Positions 60,561 to 64,000 of a DNA stretch of 64,000 nt are shown piece by piece. The DNA lies in NCBI GenBank assembly GCA_013297865.1, contig JAAFIP010000015.1:31359-95358 (forward strand). The letters run 5' to 3'. Both the position numbers and the translations under genes were made by a program. This DNA is from Polaromonas sp. GTDB lineage: Bacteria; Pseudomonadota; Gammaproteobacteria; Burkholderiales; Burkholderiaceae_C. Within the stretch, counting starts at the first letter, position 1. Every line of letters starts with the position of its first letter. The notes under the pieces are model-generated. The model saw nothing but the letters and a program-made list of their open reading frames with translations, was not told where the DNA came from and ran no database searches.

Positions 60561-62198
60561 CTAATCGCCATAGATGCTGGCGGGAATCCGGTTGCCCAGG
60601 GTTTGCCAGATGTAGCGGGTCAGCGTGTGGGGCTTGCCATACGCATCCACACCCGGGGCGCAAAAGCCGCGCTGGGTGTTGTTCACCGCAGGCACCGCGC
60701 CAGCAGGGACCGGGTTGGGCTCTGCAAAAACCGCCTTGATCTGGTCTTCATAGGGCCAGGGCCACAAAGGCACATTGGTCGTCTGGTCGTAGCCAGGCTC
60801 TCCCCAAGACGTGCCGTCTACCCCGTAGCGGGTGAGGATTTTGGCCCCGCTGATGTTGCTCTCGCGGTCTACGATATAGCGCAAGGCCGGGTTGGCCGCC
60901 GTGGCTACCTGGCTGTAGCCGCCGGTAAAGCCTGCGCTGCCAGTGCTGGAGAGATTCGGATTGCCCAGCAGCAGCGAGTCTGAAAATCGGTTTTGCGCAC
61001 CGATGATGTCGGCGTAAAAGGCATAAGGGTTCTGGCCTATGGTGAGCTGGTTCCACAGCGTGTCACCCCCATTGTTGTTGGCCCGCACACCCGCCAAAAA
61101 GCTGGTGCCCAGGTTGCCCCAGGCGACAGAGTTGACCAGATGGATCGACTTGCTGGCGGGGTATTCGGCCAGAAAAAAGCCAGCGTATTCGGCCCGGTTG
61201 TTCAACACAATCGAGCCATAAAACTTCAGGTTTTCGGTATTTTTGGGGTTGTAGACCCCGCCGTACACCGTGTCGCCTGCGGTAGGCCCCATCTGTCCGT
61301 CGATCACGATCAGGTTCTGCACCAGAAAGTCTTTGACCCGGATCGGCAGATCGTTGTTGCCGTAGATGGAAAAAGCCGCTTTGGGCTGCGCTGAGCTGAT
61401 GTAGTCCACACGTGCCACGATCCTGCGGAAGATGTTCTTGCTTTGGGTGGCGTCTGGCCCACCGGCGTTGAAGCCGTAGCGCGCATGCCCTACACCCGCC
61501 AGGTCTTCCATCAGGTTGTTGTTGCCGCCCACATAGAAAAAGCCGCCGTATTGCTCGGCCTCGCCCTGGCGCTTGAAAATGCTGCGCGTGATTTTGACAA
61601 AATTGCCATCGACCTGCCCTACAAACGGCGGATAGGCAGTGTCTTTTTGCACAAAAACGAAGCCATCGACCTTGATGTAATTGCCCGTGATGAACAGCGC
61701 ATTGTCGTAATAGTTCAGCGGGCCAGCGTTTTCGATCCGTACGGAGTAGGGGCTTTCGGCGCGGATGGTGGTCAGCTTTTGTGCGCTGCCGTTGGGAAAG
61801 GGGTGCATTTGCTGGTTGATGAAGTTGGCGCTGCCTGTGTACAGCCCGGCCTTCACCACGAGGGTGCCACCCGCAGACAGGCGGCTGATGCCCTTGGAAA
61901 GAGTCTTGTACGGGCTGGCTTGCGTACCAGCGCCAGAGGTGTCGTTGCCCGTGGTTGCCACCCATATCGCGTCAGCAGGCACTGGCTCCTGCGGTGTGGG
62001 GGGCACGGTCACCGTGGTGGTGCTGGTGGGAGTGGTGCCTGCCGAGGGCGTGCTGTCCTGGGGCGTGGACACGCTGGCAGCATTGCTGGCAGTGCTGGGG
62101 CCGCCAGAGCCGCCACCGCCACAGCTGCTTATCAGCAGCGCGGCCATACCTAACAGCAGCGCAAGTGAGATGCCACGCGGGCGCAGGAGATGGGTCAT
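60561..62198 (-). CDS. secreted lipoprotein with right-handed parallel beta-helix (pectate-lyase-fold/DUF1565-like) domain
   Basis: Lipobox 'LLISSCGGGGSGG', a Thr/Pro-rich linker, then 'TGNDTSGAGTQASPYKTLSKGISRLSAGGTLVVKAGLY', typical of beta-helix N-caps. Start at Met 62198. Confidence 0.7.
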   Translation of the reverse strand: MTHLLRPRGISLALLLGMAALLISSCGGGGSGGPSTASNAASVSTPQDSTPSAGTTPTSTTTVTVPPTPQEPVPADAIWVATTGNDTSGAGTQASPYKTLSKGISRLSAGGTLVVKAGLYTGSANFINQQMHPFPNGSAQKLTTIRAESPYSVRIENAGPLNYYDNALFITGNYIKVDGFVFVQKDTAYPPFVGQVDGNFVKITRSIFKRQGEAEQYGGFFYVGGNNNLMEDLAGVGHARYGFNAGGPDATQSKNIFRRIVARVDYISSAQPKAAFSIYGNNDLPIRVKDFLVQNLIVIDGQMGPTAGDTVYGGVYNPKNTENLKFYGSIVLNNRAEYAGFFLAEYPASKSIHLVNSVAWGNLGTSFLAGVRANNNGGDTLWNQLTIGQNPYAFYADIIGAQNRFSDSLLLGNPNLSSTGSAGFTGGYSQVATAANPALRYIVDRESNISGAKILTRYGVDGTSWGEPGYDQTTNVPLWPWPYEDQIKAVFAEPNPVPAGAVPAVNNTQRGFCAPGVDAYGKPHTLTRYIWQTLGNRIPASIYGD

Positions 62199-62330
62199 GG
62201 AACAAAGTTGTACCACTAAAGTGAGCATGCTTGCAACAGCGCAAGTGACCAAGCGGGTCAAATTTGCGATGCAAAGCCAAAGTTTTGCGTGGTTTTGGGC
62301 TGCTGTGGGGACCAGGACAGATTTTTAAAT

Positions 62331-62379
62331 GCTACAAATAATATAGCTGCTCCCGCGATATTCTATTGGGCTGGAGGCC
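62331..62379 (-). repeat. dispersed repeat copy 11 (subfamily A), forming the 3' end of a GNAT remnant
   Basis: 'GCTACAAATAATATAGCTGCTCCCGCGATATTCTATTGGGCTGGAGGCC'. The TAG stop at 62363-62365 lies inside its CCAATAG arm. Confidence 0.9.
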
Positions 62380-62653
62380 GATTGGATGCCAAATGACAGG
62401 TCATGAAGGCCAAATCCAGCCAGCGGTCGAACTTGAAGCCCACCTGACGCAGCACGCCCGCCTCTTCAAAGCCCAGCTGGCGGTGCAGCGCGATGCTGCC
62501 AGCGTTGACGGCGTCAATGCCGGCCACCATGGTGTGCAGGCCCTGGGCGCGGGCTGGGTGTAGGGTGTAGGGCGAGGTCATGGGTGGGCTGGAGTGGTGA
62601 AATAGCGGGGTGATGGCTAAGGGCGGTGTTCGATGACGACCAGGTACTGGCAA
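62363..62653 (-). pseudogene. remnant of a phosphinothricin-acetyltransferase-like GNAT (C-terminal half only)
   Basis: 'HTMVAGIDAVNAGSIALHRQLGFEEAGVLRQVGFKFDRWLDLAFM' matches the C-terminal half of PAT-type GNATs, which are normally about 170-180 aa. The space where the N-terminal half should be is occupied by the XRE-cupin gene, and the 3' end is replaced by repeat copy 11. Confidence 0.5.
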
Positions 62654-63300
62654 GGTGTGCCCAGCAGGTTCTCAAAAGCAAATCTCTCTTGGGCCCACAT
62701 GAACAAGGCGTCTCCCGCCATGAGATCTGTGGTGAGGGTGTTCTGCCCCAAAGCGCCATGCTGGGTGATGCGCAGGCCGTCCGTCTGGGCGATGATGTGT
62801 TGGCCGTAACCAGAGGAGGTGAGGGCGCTGGGGTGAGCTGCGTCGCCAGCCACGCTGGGGCCGTACTGTACGGTGGCTTGGGGCGGCAGTGTGACTGCAA
62901 CCACCTCTACCTGGGAGCGGGGTATGCGCGGCGTGACGGTTTCGCGCACAAAGCCGGTGGCCGGGTCTTGCCAGCGCATGCGCTGGCTGCGGCGCATGAT
63001 GGCACTGGGCTGGCTGTGCGCGGGCGCCAGCAGATCTGACAGGCTGATGCCCAGGGCCGTGCACAGCTTGTGCAGCAAGGCGGCGGTGGCGCTGGCCTCG
63101 GCGCGCTCGATCTTGGAGATCATGGCCCGGCTCACGCCGCTGCCGGCGGCCAGATCCTGCAAGGTCAGGCTACGCTCAGCGCGCAGCGCCTTCAAGCGCG
63201 CAGCGATATGGGCATCGATCGGCGCGGCGCCAGGCAAGGCGTCGGCGTTAGCAGCGGGTGACGCCAGTGTCTTGTTAGTAAGAGGCTTTGTGTATTCCAT
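62617..63300 (-). CDS. XRE-family HTH regulator with C-terminal cupin domain
   Basis: HTH 'LTLQDLAAGSGVSRAMISKIERAEASATAALLHKLCTALGISLSDL' plus a cupin-like C-terminal half; 227 aa. Confidence 0.85.
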   Translation of the reverse strand: MEYTKPLTNKTLASPAANADALPGAAPIDAHIAARLKALRAERSLTLQDLAAGSGVSRAMISKIERAEASATAALLHKLCTALGISLSDLLAPAHSQPSAIMRRSQRMRWQDPATGFVRETVTPRIPRSQVEVVAVTLPPQATVQYGPSVAGDAAHPSALTSSGYGQHIIAQTDGLRITQHGALGQNTLTTDLMAGDALFMWAQERFAFENLLGTPCQYLVVIEHRP

Positions 63301-63433
63301 TAAAATGGAATTTAATCTAATTTATATGAAATTACAAGCAGTCCCGGTAGCAGCAAAAGCGCCCGGTTGACTGCGCAAGTCGCTAGGCCTGCCATATAGC
63401 GGCTGCGGCTAGGGCAGCCAAAGCAGCGCTTGA

Positions 63434-63462
63434 TTGCGGTGGGCCTTGCTCCGCGCTATAAT
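63434..63462 (+). promoter_or_regulatory. candidate sigma-70 promoter of rpsL
   Basis: TTGCGG-N17-TATAAT, 78 nt upstream of the rpsL ATG. Confidence 0.5.
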
Positions 63463-63539
63463 GGAAAGCTTTTCCGCGTTCGCGTGACGAATTGTGAGCG
63501 GGGAAAAGATTTCTTTTTTATTCACGTTTAGGTAGATCA

Positions 63540-63917
63540 ATGCCCACCATTAACCAGCTCATACGCCATGGACGCGAGGTCGAAACGATCAAGTCGAAGT
63601 CCCCGGCTATGCAAAACTCCCCCCAGCGTCGGGGTGTGTGCACGCGTGTGTACACCACGACTCCCAAGAAACCCAACTCCGCGTTGCGTAAAGTTGCCAA
63701 AGTGCGCTTGACCAACGGTTTTGAGGTGATTTCCTACATCGGTGGCGAAGGCCACAACCTGCAGGAACACAGCGTAGTGCTGGTTCGCGGCGGTCGTGTC
63801 AAGGACTTGCCCGGTGTGCGTTACCACATCGTGCGTGGTTCGCTCGATTTGCAAGGCGTGAAAGACCGCAAGCAGTCGCGCTCCAAGTACGGCGCTAAAA
63901 AGCCAAAGGCTAAGTAA
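63540..63917 (+). CDS. rpsL: 30S ribosomal protein S12
   Basis: '[12 protein letters not shown]...[55 protein letters not shown]' is essentially invariant S12 sequence. Confidence 0.97.
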   Translation: MPTINQLIRHGREVETIKSKSPAMQNSPQRRGVCTRVYTTTPKKPNSALRKVAKVRLTNGFEVISYIGGEGHNLQEHSVVLVRGGRVKDLPGVRYHIVRGSLDLQGVKDRKQSRSKYGAKKPKAK

Positions 63918-64000
63918 TTAGCCAGAGCCCCAGGCTCAAAAAAAGGTGCTGTTTCCCGCGTGGCGCGGTGAATGCAGCGTAGTGACTCCAGCAGACAATC

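Noticed and set aside
92-62379. CRISPR array or DNA-uptake-sequence interpretation of the dispersed repeat
   Set aside because: - The copies are kilobases apart, in both orientations and mostly inside genes, so they do not form an array with spacers.
- At about 45 nt and about one copy per 6 kb, they are too long and too sparse for known DUS/USS-type uptake signals.
62514-62900. 128-aa minus-strand ORF that might have been the missing N-terminal half of the GNAT remnant
   Set aside because: - It is out of frame with the GNAT remnant.
- It is Pro/Ser/Thr/Ala-rich with no acetyl-CoA-binding (Q/R-x-x-G-x-G/A) motif.
- It overlaps the well-supported XRE-cupin gene in another frame.

Overview
The window is a high-GC (about 63-66% in most sampled lines) chromosomal segment. 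Gene content suggests a betaproteobacterium, possibly Burkholderiales/Comamonadaceae, but this is inference. It is densely coding, with about 60 genes, no rRNA or tRNA genes and no CRISPR array.

Recognisable housekeeping genes:
- ubiA (3' end)
- an EIIA(Man)-ptsH-ptsI regulatory PTS
- ilvE, waaF, ampG, cinA/pncC, pgpA, thiL, apaG
- sucCD, argC, rpsL

Other recognisable content:
- a TetR-controlled OMF-MFP-RND efflux operon
- a MipA/OmpV gene next to an OmpR-type two-component pair
- four LysR/XRE regulators with small redox or hydrolase genes

Most interesting region (41.4-55.4 kb, all on the minus strand):
- A six-gene operon encodes a CHASE2-Ser/Thr kinase, a PP2C phosphatase, an FHA protein, a CHASE2-class III cyclase, a class II cNMP phosphodiesterase and a GAF-fused PilB/GspE-type ATPase.
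- The operon ends 248 nt upstream of a perfect sigma-54 pilin promoter.
- Downstream of that promoter lies a low-GC (about 40-45%) cassette: two tandem diverged pilA paralogs separated by a terminator, then a TfpX/TfpZ-like accessory gene.
- A high-GC PglL/PilO-type O-oligosaccharyltransferase gene follows the cassette.
- I read this as a candidate cyclic-nucleotide plus phospho-threonine control circuit for a type IV pilus motor. That interpretation is inference.

Second theme, a dispersed repeat family:
- It is about 45-50 nt long with core AATATCGCGGGAGCAGCTAT, and has 11 copies in both orientations.
- Eight copies lie inside or at the ends of ORFs without breaking the reading frame.
- Two copies of a hairpin-forming subfamily sit at terminator positions.

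Antisense shadow ORFs: many long ORFs in the track are antisense shadows typical of high-GC DNA and were not called.
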